This document shows positions 17,440 to 27,336 of a DNA stretch of 50,185 nt, in pieces. Source of the stretch: an uncultured Ruminococcus sp. (lineage in GTDB: Bacteria; Bacillota; Clostridia; Oscillospirales; Ruminococcaceae); NCBI GenBank assembly GCA_964480645.1, contig CAYZQU010000001.1:1-50185 (forward strand). The letters are read 5' to 3'. A model generated the notes under the pieces. That model did not search any database, was not told where the DNA came from, and saw nothing but the letters and a program-made list of their open reading frames with translations. Made by a program: the position numbers and the translations under genes. Numbering within the stretch: position 1 is the first letter of the stretch; each line of letters opens with the position of its first letter.

Positions 17440-19635
17440 ATGAGACACAAATTCAGAAAGTACATAGGCAAACGTGGAAGCGCGTTGTTTATGGTACTGA
17501 GCGTTATGACGGCACTGATTGTTACGTGTTTGGCTATGTATTTCTCGGTGGTTTCTTCAAGAAAGACGCAATACGCGATTTTCAATCAGCAGCAGTCGTA
17601 TCAGTCGGCCCTCTCGCTTAACGAGAGTATGCTCGGCGGTATTATCGCAAGAACCGATGACACGGAAAAATCTGGCTTTACGGCTCTTGCAGAGGCAGTA
17701 GACAAGATGGCGTTAGGCGACACCATTACTACCAAGGGCAATGATTACAGCTCATTTGATCCCGCCGGCTCAAAGGGTGATGAGGATCAGGTCGGGGCTT
17801 ATATGGCGGAAATCACCTATTTGTCTGACGCGGACGAGGGCAGGCTGTATGACTTTGCCGTTACTACAATGGTAAACGGCACAGAGTCCACGGTTCATCA
17901 GTATGTGGTTATTCCGAATGGCGGTAGGACCGTCTCCGGCGGACGACCCTCCCTTCCTCTTTTCGTCGGTTCGGGTCTGATTCCGACGGGTTCGGCTCAG
18001 AATGCGGGTTATGTGTATGCCGATATATTCTACGATTCGGAATACACTTACTTTATGCCGTATGGAGATCAGAGCGATGTTAATGGCGGTAATAAAGAAC
18101 TCAAAATCATGGGCGATGTGTACACAGCCGGCTCTTTAGTTGTCAACTACAACGTTACGGACGCGGACGGAGCCAGCCACTTGGAGAATTCGGTCAGACC
18201 TAAGCCCCACAATTGGTATATCAGAAAAGACCTTATAATGACCAACGATGCAAGTACTGTTAACTTCAGGTCGGACATCAGTGGATATGAAAACACAGTC
18301 AGCCGTGTTGTTGTCGGCGGAGACTGCATATTCAAGTCAGACGCGCGGGGCTTTAATAATTGTGAGATATACGTTTATGGCGACCTCATTATAGAACCCG
18401 GCGCGCAAATCGGTAATAACGTAAAGATTTATGTGGCGGGGACGAAGGACGGCACTGCCTCCGGAACAGGTATATCAGTTGTTGAAGGCAGAGGAAGCTG
18501 GCCTGACGGCACTTATGATCAATATATTAAGGATATCGACGCTAATACGTTGAGTATTACGTATTATGACTGGAACAGCGAATACGAGAGTATTCCCGGA
18601 ATAGAAAATGAGGAAACCGCTAACTTTGTGAAAACCCCGGGAACTCCCGCCGCACAATTTGTCTGGTCGCCAACCAATCAGGGCTGTACAATTACGGGCG
18701 TAAGCGGCTTTGGCGGTACTACCGGCGGCAATTTTGACTATAGTAGCAGTGAAAGCTACAAGCTGGTGATTGACACAGGCGATGATCCCAATAACGTGTT
18801 TACCATCCGACTTCAGGGGTATCTTGATGGTGGAAAGACTTTCTCGTGGTGTCCCAACTACGGCGATTATGCAACATGGGTTGTTGTAAGGGGTAAAGGT
18901 TCAGTTGTGTTTGAAGTGCCTGATGGCGTTACATACGAAAACAGAAGCTATAAGACAAACGTAATGCACGAAAATTGGACGTCAAACGGAGCCTTTGGCA
19001 GCCAATCTCAAAGAGACCAGATTAAAAATCTAGTAACAGGCGGTTGGGTTCATTACGAATGTAACGATAACTGCTGTGTAAATCCTCTTAATGAAATAAG
19101 CGGTGAAACATGTGACTGCGGTAAACAGATGTATCTGCTTAAATGCACGGATCACAATCTTGAGAGAAAGGTTTGTCTGGAATGTGACTACGTTAAGTAC
19201 AGAGAAGACTCCTCCGGAAATAAGGTTTCGTATGGCACGTGCGAATGCCGCGTAAACGATAAGGGAAGCAACACGCCAAATACAAATATTTTCCTTGTTA
19301 TGTGCGGACAGAATTCCAAGATTCAGTTTACGCCCCCTGCCCAGTATATGCAGGTTAACGGCATTAACGAATCGTTCAGCGCGTTCTGGGGTTATATCTA
19401 TGCGCCATATGCGCCGTTGGACTACAGTGCTAGGATGGCAACCGGTGACAAGGCTGTATTTGTTGGCGGAATTGTAGTAGGAAGCTTTAACCTTTTCGGT
19501 CGAAATTCCTATATGCCGGCTTATCCCAACAGACTTCCCAATGAGATTATGTCGGCAAAGTGCAGAGAGCATCCATTGCCGACCATAGATGGTATGCCAT
19601 GGAAAGAGTCCTTGACGCCGAGTGTAACAGCATAA
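17440..19635 (+). CDS. Large PilX/K-type minor pilin, putative tip adhesin
   Basis: KRG|SALFMVLSVM class III signal lacking Glu+5, QSYQSALS PilX-N motif; 731 aa. Confidence 0.75.
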   Translation: MRHKFRKYIGKRGSALFMVLSVMTALIVTCLAMYFSVVSSRKTQYAIFNQQQSYQSALSLNESMLGGIIARTDDTEKSGFTALAEAVDKMALGDTITTKGNDYSSFDPAGSKGDEDQVGAYMAEITYLSDADEGRLYDFAVTTMVNGTESTVHQYVVIPNGGRTVSGGRPSLPLFVGSGLIPTGSAQNAGYVYADIFYDSEYTYFMPYGDQSDVNGGNKELKIMGDVYTAGSLVVNYNVTDADGASHLENSVRPKPHNWYIRKDLIMTNDASTVNFRSDISGYENTVSRVVVGGDCIFKSDARGFNNCEIYVYGDLIIEPGAQIGNNVKIYVAGTKDGTASGTGISVVEGRGSWPDGTYDQYIKDIDANTLSITYYDWNSEYESIPGIENEETANFVKTPGTPAAQFVWSPTNQGCTITGVSGFGGTTGGNFDYSSSESYKLVIDTGDDPNNVFTIRLQGYLDGGKTFSWCPNYGDYATWVVVRGKGSVVFEVPDGVTYENRSYKTNVMHENWTSNGAFGSQSQRDQIKNLVTGGWVHYECNDNCCVNPLNEISGETCDCGKQMYLLKCTDHNLERKVCLECDYVKYREDSSGNKVSYGTCECRVNDKGSNTPNTNIFLVMCGQNSKIQFTPPAQYMQVNGINESFSAFWGYIYAPYAPLDYSARMATGDKAVFVGGIVVGSFNLFGRNSYMPAYPNRLPNEIMSAKCREHPLPTIDGMPWKESLTPSVTA

Positions 19636-19653
19636 TGAGTGGAGGTGACTAAT

Positions 19654-20817
19654 ATGCTAAAAAGACTATTTTCAAAACGCAGCGGTTTTACGTTGGTTGA
19701 GATTATTGTTGCGGTTGCAATTTTCGCCATTATGTCAACAATTGTCGCACAGGTTTTGCAATTGTCCGTAAAGGCGCGCCAAAGTAACAACGAATACGGT
19801 GCGGAACTGGCGAGGCAGGAAGAGCAGCTTTTGAAGGTAACCAAGGATAAAGCTGATTATCAGGCAGCAAATAAAACCGGAGATTATGAGATGGCATTTA
19901 AGGCTACGGCTGCTGATGGCACAACCACTGATGTAGCAAATGTCAAACTTCCTTATGCGATAAAGGATTCCGGCAGAAGCGATACGGCGGAAGGAATTAA
20001 CTACTTTGTTTCTCCTGTTCCGTATGATGGAAAGTTTTCTGGTGGTGGCACCGGTGGTGGTGGCACCGGTGGCGGTGGCGCCGGTGGCGAAGGCGGCGAT
20101 GTTGGCAGTTCGAGCGGCAAGAATATGTCAATGGCGTCCCTTGTAGATGTTCGGCTTACAGGCTCAAGAGGAATGAGCTATGTCAATATTGAGAAGGTCG
20201 AAAAGGTCGCCTCTCCAACAGAGGGCGCGGCGGTGAGATATATTTTCACGACTAGCGCAAGCAGCGCGGGTATGAAAGAACAGGAAAAAGCCTTTGCGAA
20301 TTACAAGCTGTACTTTTATCTGACGGATAAGCTCGATCCGGTAAAGAGTGCTCAGGTTAATATCGGTAAAAAAAGCGACGGAACCGAGTTCAAGTATACA
20401 AAGGATATTCCGATGCCAGCCAATATTATTTCCGCCGATTATGTCGGCGACCGCGCGAGCGGTTCGCCTGTTGTCAGATGCTCCGGCGGTAATTGCGTTA
20501 CGGTTTCCGTTGCCCTTGGATACGAAGGCGGAAAATTAACGGGAGACAACTATAGCGGTAAGGGTTTTGTTGGTGAAAAAACAACATTCTATGTGGATTT
20601 TGAGGAAGACCCGGGAATCACAGCCGCGTCATTTGGAAGCAATGGTACTCCAAGTGGAAGCGGTTACGAATACACCAAGTACTCCACCCCAGTGGATGGC
20701 GGCGGTGCGTATGAAAATCAGTATATATACGGAGCTTACGGAACCAAAACCGACCCCACCAAGTACGGCGGTTTCATATGGCGCGACCTTAACGGTAATA
20801 TTATAACAAGTCTGTAA
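19654..20817 (+). CDS. Minor pilin with Gly-rich linker
   Basis: RSG|FTLVEIIVAVAIF prepilin motif; ATG 19654 after GGAGGTG. Confidence 0.88.
   Translation: MLKRLFSKRSGFTLVEIIVAVAIFAIMSTIVAQVLQLSVKARQSNNEYGAELARQEEQLLKVTKDKADYQAANKTGDYEMAFKATAADGTTTDVANVKLPYAIKDSGRSDTAEGINYFVSPVPYDGKFSGGGTGGGGTGGGGAGGEGGDVGSSSGKNMSMASLVDVRLTGSRGMSYVNIEKVEKVASPTEGAAVRYIFTTSASSAGMKEQEKAFANYKLYFYLTDKLDPVKSAQVNIGKKSDGTEFKYTKDIPMPANIISADYVGDRASGSPVVRCSGGNCVTVSVALGYEGGKLTGDNYSGKGFVGEKTTFYVDFEEDPGITAASFGSNGTPSGSGYEYTKYSTPVDGGGAYENQYIYGAYGTKTDPTKYGGFIWRDLNGNIITSL
20041..20097 (+). repeat. In-frame 15 bp tandem repeat encoding GGGGT-type units
   Basis: GGTGGTGGCACCGGT repeated about 3.5 times with degeneration. Confidence 0.75.
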
Positions 20818-20832
20818 AGAGGTGTTTGTTTT

Positions 20833-21714
20833 ATGCTAAAACGAATAAAACGGCTTCTTAAATGGCGCAATAACAGCGGATTTACAATGGTGGAGGTTAT
20901 AGTATCCGTAGCATTGCTGGGAGTTTTGGTTCTTGGCGTGCTCGGATTTATGGCGCCGGTATTGGCAAGCGTCGCTGAAAAGCAGCAGAACGCACGAGCC
21001 ACAATGCTTGCGGAGGCTATTTATTCTTTTATTTCTAGCAATGTGCAAAACGCTAAGTATGTGAAGGTTATCAGCAACGTCACCCCTGACGATTCGTACA
21101 ATACGATTATCACGGAGGGACATTTTCAAATAATGAGAAACGTTGATTCCAACCATGTATTTCAATGTATAGCGTTTCAGTGGATGCCAACCGGAGTTTA
21201 CGATGAATACAAGCTGGTTATGAGATTTAATCCGGATGCAACGTTGGCGAGTAATCAGGCTTCGTTTAACAGTGGGTTTATAAACGTATTCGGCGACAGC
21301 ATTTATGATGGGCTTAATCTGATACCTATAATCGAGCCGATTGACAATCAGTATCAAGCACCTGACGCAGGTGGCACTATGGTGGATCAAGTCCCCGCTG
21401 ATGAGGTTCATAATATAGGTCTTAGAGTCAACACCAAGATGTATGCTAACAGGGATTGTTACAGAACCAATGAAAGCGTTGCGAAAGCGGCTCAGCTTGC
21501 CTTTTCGGGCGAGAGCTTCAATCGGTGTACACCGATTGCAAGCCCGCTGACTAATCCGAAAACCGCAGGCGGGTATTCTTTGGAGATATATCCCAATACA
21601 GAGTATGTGTATGACTACTCCCCAAGCTCCTCATTGGTTCAGACAGAGGAGGATGGCAACAACTATTACTATCCGGAAACTTACATCTTCTTTGTCAGAA
21701 GAAAATTAGTTTGA
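20833..21714 (+). CDS. Minor pilin
   Basis: NSG|FTMVEVIVSVALL prepilin motif. Confidence 0.88.
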   Translation: MLKRIKRLLKWRNNSGFTMVEVIVSVALLGVLVLGVLGFMAPVLASVAEKQQNARATMLAEAIYSFISSNVQNAKYVKVISNVTPDDSYNTIITEGHFQIMRNVDSNHVFQCIAFQWMPTGVYDEYKLVMRFNPDATLASNQASFNSGFINVFGDSIYDGLNLIPIIEPIDNQYQAPDAGGTMVDQVPADEVHNIGLRVNTKMYANRDCYRTNESVAKAAQLAFSGESFNRCTPIASPLTNPKTAGGYSLEIYPNTEYVYDYSPSSSLVQTEEDGNNYYYPETYIFFVRRKLV

Positions 21715-21785
21715 TTTCATTTTGGTCAGCTGGATAAATTGCAACATCCGGCAAGCATCAGGGCTTTACGCCCTAGGTGACAAAT

Positions 21786-21821
21786 AAAAATTCGGGGCGA
21801 TTCGCTCGCCCCGAAATATTT
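21786..21821. terminator. Bidirectional terminator between minor pilin operon and convergent pilD
   Basis: TTCGGGGCGA/TCGCCCCGAA stem flanked by A/T tracts. Confidence 0.75.
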
Positions 21822-21831
21822 GTCGATATGT

Positions 21832-22917
21832 TTAATGAACATTGAATGGACCAAGAAGACCGTAATACCAATTCAGAATCGGTGTGCCAAACAGCCACGC
21901 CGCAGCGATACCAAGTGCAAGAAACGGTCCGAAAGCCATTCGACGTTGATACTTTACCTTGGCGACCTTGTCGCCGTTTATAAAGATTCTGAACGCGCCT
22001 TCGCGTTCGTCCGAAACATTTTCACGAAGGGTTTGACTTAATGCCGCTTTGTCGGGCAGACCGTTCCAGACCTTTTCTTCAAGGAACTCCCACTCAATAT
22101 CGGGATTTCCTTCGCTTATTCCACCGACAATTATATCGGTTTGATCACTTTCAACATATCCTGAGCCGTGATCAAGCTGATTTTGATACCATTCGCAGAC
22201 CAGTTTTTTGATTTTCTCGGAGATTTCCTTTTCGATTTCTTTATCGTGAATCTTCTTGATGATTCCGTATATTGATCCGAGAACTATTCCGATCAGCAGA
22301 GCGATGAAAACCCTGTATCCCAGAAGCAGAGACGCTCCGAGCATAAGCTGCAGATCTCCGCCGCCCATACCTCCGATAAGCACCAGAATTATGAACAGCA
22401 CCGCAACTATTCCAAACGAAATCAGGCGTTCATACCACGGCGTTTCGGGGAACACAAAAAAAGCGGCGATTCCGAGAACAGCGACTGTGATACTGCACCA
22501 ATAGGGGATTTCAAAGTGGTCGAGGTCAATTCCAGAGAGGACGATAAGTACCGGAAATAGCACTACGGCATACACAAGATTCCATGCCACGGGATTTGAG
22601 AACTCCCAGTTATTCAATCCCACAAAGATAAGATACGATGAGCAGTACAAAACAGCGGTTATCGCCTCGATTATCATATACCGCGGCGAGATTTTAGACC
22701 CGCAGTAGCGGCATTTTCCTTTGAGGAAAATCCAACTGAAAATTGGGAACATATCGTACCAAGCGAGATGATGCCCGCAGGAAAAGCAATGTGACGGCTC
22801 AGTGACTATTGATTGCTTCAGCGGGGTGCGCAATATTACCACATTCAGGAAACTGCCAATAACAGAACCTAACAGAAATGCGAATATTGCGCATACAATG
22901 TGAACAGCGATGGGCAT
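21832..22917 (-). CDS. pilD: Prepilin peptidase/N-methyltransferase (A24) with C-terminal insertion
   Basis: GSFLNVVILR, CxxC..CxxC zinc motifs, IDL, GMGGGD catalytic motif, AFGPFL. Confidence 0.93.
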   Translation of the reverse strand: MPIAVHIVCAIFAFLLGSVIGSFLNVVILRTPLKQSIVTEPSHCFSCGHHLAWYDMFPIFSWIFLKGKCRYCGSKISPRYMIIEAITAVLYCSSYLIFVGLNNWEFSNPVAWNLVYAVVLFPVLIVLSGIDLDHFEIPYWCSITVAVLGIAAFFVFPETPWYERLISFGIVAVLFIILVLIGGMGGGDLQLMLGASLLLGYRVFIALLIGIVLGSIYGIIKKIHDKEIEKEISEKIKKLVCEWYQNQLDHGSGYVESDQTDIIVGGISEGNPDIEWEFLEEKVWNGLPDKAALSQTLRENVSDEREGAFRIFINGDKVAKVKYQRRMAFGPFLALGIAAAWLFGTPILNWYYGLLGPFNVH

Positions 22918-23189
22918 TTTGATGACCCTCCTTAATTATAATGAGTCGGATCAGAGCTTGTTCGCATTATCCGAGATATCCGCCAAAGGATGGCGTTGAG
23001 TGGTAATGTGAATATTCTCTAATATCCGTTAATGATATTTTACCATAAAATTGCAGATATTGCAAGATAGTTTTCAGAAAATAGTTATTAGAGTGAGTAT
23101 CCGATTTTGAGTCGGAGCATATTCGTTATCAACGCTTTGATAACCGATGGTTGTTTTCTGTTGAACTGAATGAAAGGAATGAATTATAT

Positions 23190-24902
23190 ATGGCAGGTCC
23201 GATGAACAACATACGAATTGGCGACGTCTTGTTGGAAAGCGGCTTTATCAATGAACAACAACTTAAAGAGGCGCTGAACAAACAGCAACAGAGCGGCAAG
23301 GGCAAGATGCTGGGTGAAATTATCCTCGAGATGGGGTTGGTTTCCGAGACACAGCTCGCTCAGGCATTTTCAATTCGGCTTAAGGTTCCGGTTGTGGATC
23401 TGGTGACTGAGAAAGTAAATACCGAAGCGGTAGGTAAAATTCCGCAGTCTGTGGCGAAGGAGAAGTTGGTTTTTGCGTATCAGATCAATCACGGAAGACT
23501 TCTTGTCGCGACAAACGACCCGGTAAACTTCTACATATTCGAGGACTTGAAAGTCCAGACCGGTATGGAGATTATTCCCAAACTGGCGACTAAAACCCAG
23601 ATTGTGTCGGCGATTGAAAAATACTACTCAACGCAGGCAATCGACAGCACAATGAACGAGTTGGAAAGTGAACAGGTTGACAACTCAAAGCTTGAACAGG
23701 ATCTCGCGAACGCGGAATCCGAGGGACGTATTGATAACGCGCCTATCGTTAAACTCGTTAATATGATGGTTGAGACTGCGTTTCGTATGCAATGTACGGA
23801 TATTCACATTGAGGCGTTCAAGGACAGAACCCGTATCCGGTTCAGAATCGACGGTGAGCTTGTTGAGCAGGATATGAAGATTCCGCCAAGCTTCCATAAC
23901 TCGCTGATTACGCGTATCAAAATTCTTGCGGGTATGAATATCGCGGAGAAGCGTATTCCGTTGGATGGTCGTTTCGGAACGCGAATTGACGGCGTTAATC
24001 TTGATATGCGTGTGTCGACGATTCCTTGCGTGTACGGCGAAAAGTGTGTTATTCGTCTGTTGTCAACGGCGGACGCTAAGGCGCGTAAGATTACCGACCT
24101 GGGTATGACGGACTATAACTATCAGATGTTCAAACAGATTATTCGATGCCCGAACGGAGTTATGCTGGTTACGGGACCTACCGGTTCAGGTAAATCCACA
24201 ACTCTTTACGCGACATTGGGCGAGCTTGCTCAGCCGAATGTAAATATCGTTACCGTTGAGGATCCTGTCGAAAAGAAAATCGACGGAATTAATCAATGCC
24301 AAATCAATGAAAAAGCGGGTATGACGTTCGGCGCGGCACTGCGTTCGATTTTGCGTCAGGACCCGGATATTATAATGATAGGTGAGATTCGTGACGGTGA
24401 GACCGCCGACATCGCGATTCGTGCCGCTATTACGGGACACTTCGTGCTTTCCACACTTCATACCAACGACGCGGCGGGTACTATTGTTCGTCTGGTGGAT
24501 ATGGGCGTTCAGCCTTACATGGTGGCAAGCTCGGTTGTCGGAATTATTGCCCAGAGACTTGTTAAGCTGCTTTGTGATAAATGTAAAGAGAAATACACAC
24601 TTAAAGACCCCGAGATGCTTGAACTTATGCACCGCAAAGAGCCGATTGAAATTTACAAGGCGCACTCGGGCGGATGCAGAGCCTGCCGCGGCACGGGCTA
24701 TCACGGGCGTACCGCGATCCACGAGATTATCGTTATGACGCCCGACCTCAAGGTGATGGTTTCCGAGGGGGCAACCGCTGAGGAAATCGGCGAACGCGCA
24801 ACTAAAAACGGTACTAAGCTCTTGCGCGATAATGTAACCCAAATGGTGGAAGATGGCAGAACCACCCTCGATGAGCTTATCAAGGCTACATACACGGTTT
24901 AA
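23190..24902 (+). CDS. pilB: Type IV pilus extension ATPase
   Basis: RIGDVLLESG MshEN-like N-terminus, GPTGSGKSTT, TVEDPVE, LRQDPD, tetra-Cys motif. Confidence 0.95.
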   Translation: MAGPMNNIRIGDVLLESGFINEQQLKEALNKQQQSGKGKMLGEIILEMGLVSETQLAQAFSIRLKVPVVDLVTEKVNTEAVGKIPQSVAKEKLVFAYQINHGRLLVATNDPVNFYIFEDLKVQTGMEIIPKLATKTQIVSAIEKYYSTQAIDSTMNELESEQVDNSKLEQDLANAESEGRIDNAPIVKLVNMMVETAFRMQCTDIHIEAFKDRTRIRFRIDGELVEQDMKIPPSFHNSLITRIKILAGMNIAEKRIPLDGRFGTRIDGVNLDMRVSTIPCVYGEKCVIRLLSTADAKARKITDLGMTDYNYQMFKQIIRCPNGVMLVTGPTGSGKSTTLYATLGELAQPNVNIVTVEDPVEKKIDGINQCQINEKAGMTFGAALRSILRQDPDIIMIGEIRDGETADIAIRAAITGHFVLSTLHTNDAAGTIVRLVDMGVQPYMVASSVVGIIAQRLVKLLCDKCKEKYTLKDPEMLELMHRKEPIEIYKAHSGGCRACRGTGYHGRTAIHEIIVMTPDLKVMVSEGATAEEIGERATKNGTKLLRDNVTQMVEDGRTTLDELIKATYTV

Positions 24903-24918
24903 GACGTAAATTCCGCAC

Positions 24919-25171
24919 GAAACGGCTTGTGGCGATCACAGGCAAATTCAAAACACGAGTTTTGCCGAACATTGTGTAACACCATAACGCAATGACTTGC
25001 AGTTACTTACCGCTGAAAAATGCAAATCACGAAAGCGAGTGGAATTGCCGAAGTGAAACGGCTTATGGTAATCACGGGAAATTCCGAAAAGCGAACGGCG
25101 CGTAACACCGCAAAGCGGTGTTACGGGGCGTTCGGCTAGTGCGGACGAAGTCCGCACGGTTTCGGAATTTC
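24919..25171 (+). repeat. Degenerate fragments plus one complete three-way-junction element (25078-25171) before pilT
   Basis: GAAATTCCGAAA/TTTCGGAATTTC stem, GTGCGGAC-GAA-GTCCGCAC arm; upstream imperfect direct repeat GAAACGGCTTRTGGYRATCAC. Confidence 0.8.
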
Positions 25172-25194
25172 AAATAAGAATAAGGAGAAAAGAT

Positions 25195-26274
25195 ATGGAA
25201 AACGCCAACATTATGGACATCAACCGCATTCTGGACGAGGCACGCGACTTGGGCTGTTCGGACTTGCATTTTACAGCGGGGCTTCCGCCGATTGTAAGAC
25301 TTCACGGTTCGTTGAGAAAGCTCTCGGGGTATCCCGACTGCACCGAGCCGATTATCGTGAACATCATCAACCAGATTACTTCCATTAAGCACAAGAACCA
25401 GATTTCCAAGGGATTGGACACAGACTTTTCGTATACCTCCGCGGCGGGATTCCGACACAGAGTTAATGTGTTCCGTCAGCGCGGATACCACGCCGTGGCG
25501 ATACGTCTTCTCCGTGATGATATTCCAACGATTGCGGATCTGAGTCTTCCGCAGCTTGTCGGCGACTTCGCATTGAAGCCTCGTGGATTGGTGCTTGTAA
25601 CAGGTCCTACGGGTTCGGGTAAATCCACGACGTTGGCGGCAATGGTAGACCATATAAACCGCCAGAAAAACTGTCACATTCTGACAGTTGAGGACCCTAT
25701 CGAGTATGTTCATACCCATAAGCAGGCGATGGTTAATCAGCGTGAAATCGGACAGGATATTGATTCGTTCTCAGGCTCTCTGCGTGCGGCACTTCGTGAA
25801 GACCCGGACGTTATCCTCGTCGGAGAAATGCGTGACTTTGAGACCATCAGCGCGGCGGTAACTGCGGCTGAAACAGGTCACTTGGTATTCTCGACGCTGC
25901 ATACGACGGGCGCGGCTGAGACGATCGACCGTATCATTGACGTATTCCCGCCGCATTCTCAAGGGCAGATTCGCGCGCAGCTCGCGGGAAATCTTGTCGG
26001 AGTTATCTCGCAGACGCTCGTTCCTACGGCGGACGGCAAGGGAAGATGCGCGGCACTGGAGCTTATGGCGCGCACGGACGCTATCGGTGCGATGATTCGT
26101 GAGGGTAAGACTCACCAGATTCCGTCAACAATCGCCACAAGTAAGAAAGACGGAATGTTTACGCTTGACCAGGATCTGGCTCGGCTTGTTCGTATGGGCA
26201 AGATTACCGATGAGGTTGCGAGAACCCGCTGCAAGGACGTTTCTGAGTATAGAAGATTCTTGGAAATGGGCTGA
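25195..26274 (+). CDS. pilT: Type IV pilus retraction ATPase
   Basis: SDLHF, GPTGSGKSTT, ALREDPD, AETGHLVFSTLHT, AIGAMIRE (AIRNLIRE-like). Confidence 0.95.
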   Translation: MENANIMDINRILDEARDLGCSDLHFTAGLPPIVRLHGSLRKLSGYPDCTEPIIVNIINQITSIKHKNQISKGLDTDFSYTSAAGFRHRVNVFRQRGYHAVAIRLLRDDIPTIADLSLPQLVGDFALKPRGLVLVTGPTGSGKSTTLAAMVDHINRQKNCHILTVEDPIEYVHTHKQAMVNQREIGQDIDSFSGSLRAALREDPDVILVGEMRDFETISAAVTAAETGHLVFSTLHTTGAAETIDRIIDVFPPHSQGQIRAQLAGNLVGVISQTLVPTADGKGRCAALELMARTDAIGAMIREGKTHQIPSTIATSKKDGMFTLDQDLARLVRMGKITDEVARTRCKDVSEYRRFLEMG

Positions 26275-26314
26275 TAGCATTATACAGTCAACTGAAAAAA
26301 AGGGGGGCATTGTT

Positions 26315-26974
26315 ATGATTAAACTAATCCATAAGATGATTAGGAGAAAGGGCTTTACTTTGGTTGAGCTGATTGTGGTGATTGCTATAGTCGGCGTTTT
26401 GGCTGCGATTCTTGTGCCTACCCTTATTGGCGTGGTGACGAAATCACGGGTGACCTCAGCGAATTCCACTGCCGCTGAAATTCGCAAAACACTTAATAAT
26501 TTTATGGTAGACGCGGAGGTCGACGGCTTCTGTATGAAACAGGCAAGCGACATTGTGGAAGTGTTTGACGTTACCGCAAATGGCGGCGTATGGGAATGCA
26601 GCTCCGCTTCTGACCCAAGCCACTTTAACAAGCGCGGCGGCACTGATATCGAATGGGGAAATGGCGGCGCGGCAAGCCGCGGTAAAGCCGGAGACCCGCG
26701 CACGGGTATTACAAGCGGCGAGAAATATATGTGCGTGTGGTTGGCGGATCGGCTTCCGGAAATAAAAAGCGCCTCCATGGTAATCGCATTTAAGGGGGGA
26801 AGCTGTACATTTGTAGCATTTACTCCTGATAAGATTTCTGCGTTGGATTCAACAGAACACCCTGCCATCACTAATGGCAGTCCTGATGTGACATTTGGGT
26901 GGAACGGCAGTCACGCGGGGGTAACATCTACGGGCTTGATTGTCGGAACATCCCCTGTGATAGAGCTGGCATAA
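26315..26974 (+). CDS. Type IV pilin (paralog of the downstream major pilin)
   Basis: RKG|FTLVELIVVIAIVGVLAAILVP; true ATG at 26315. Confidence 0.9.
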   Translation: MIKLIHKMIRRKGFTLVELIVVIAIVGVLAAILVPTLIGVVTKSRVTSANSTAAEIRKTLNNFMVDAEVDGFCMKQASDIVEVFDVTANGGVWECSSASDPSHFNKRGGTDIEWGNGGAASRGKAGDPRTGITSGEKYMCVWLADRLPEIKSASMVIAFKGGSCTFVAFTPDKISALDSTEHPAITNGSPDVTFGWNGSHAGVTSTGLIVGTSPVIELA

Positions 26975-27108
26975 CAGCGTTTGTGTAAATAATTAGAGTT
27001 ACACAGGCTAAAACGTTTCCGATTTCGTTAAAATGCACAAAAACTTTCCCCAAAAAGAAATACTTTTAACAAAAATGTGATTTTTCGCAACTTTTTTTGA
27101 AAAAACAC

Positions 27109-27137
27109 TTGCAATTTGAAAATGGATGTAGTATAAT
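27109..27137 (+). promoter_or_regulatory. sigma-A promoter for the major pilin
   Basis: TTGCAA-N17-TATAAT preceded by AT-rich UP-like sequence. Confidence 0.75.
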
Positions 27138-27336
27138 AAAATCACGGAAAGGGAAATAAGATAAAAACCAAAAACAAACCTCAAGAGAATGTACCGGAAA
27201 AGCGGTGAACGAAACTTGAGAGGCAAGTCGGAGGTCGGAGTCGAATTTTCTCGGGCGGTTCGCCTAGTCCGTAATCATTTTGGATATAGTCCCGCCGGGG
27301 CTATACATATTAAATTTTTTATAGGAGGTCTTTACT

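Noticed and set aside
26099-26314. 72 aa N-terminal extension on the first pilin (track start 26099), and similar extended starts for flgK, csrA, rpsF, pilC
   Set aside because: Extensions overlap upstream genes or leaders; SD-supported downstream starts give normal N-termini.
26315-26974. Silent pilin cassette (pilS-like antigenic variation)
   Set aside because: The gene is intact with a full prepilin leader, and synonymous divergence from the major pilin argues against ongoing gene conversion.
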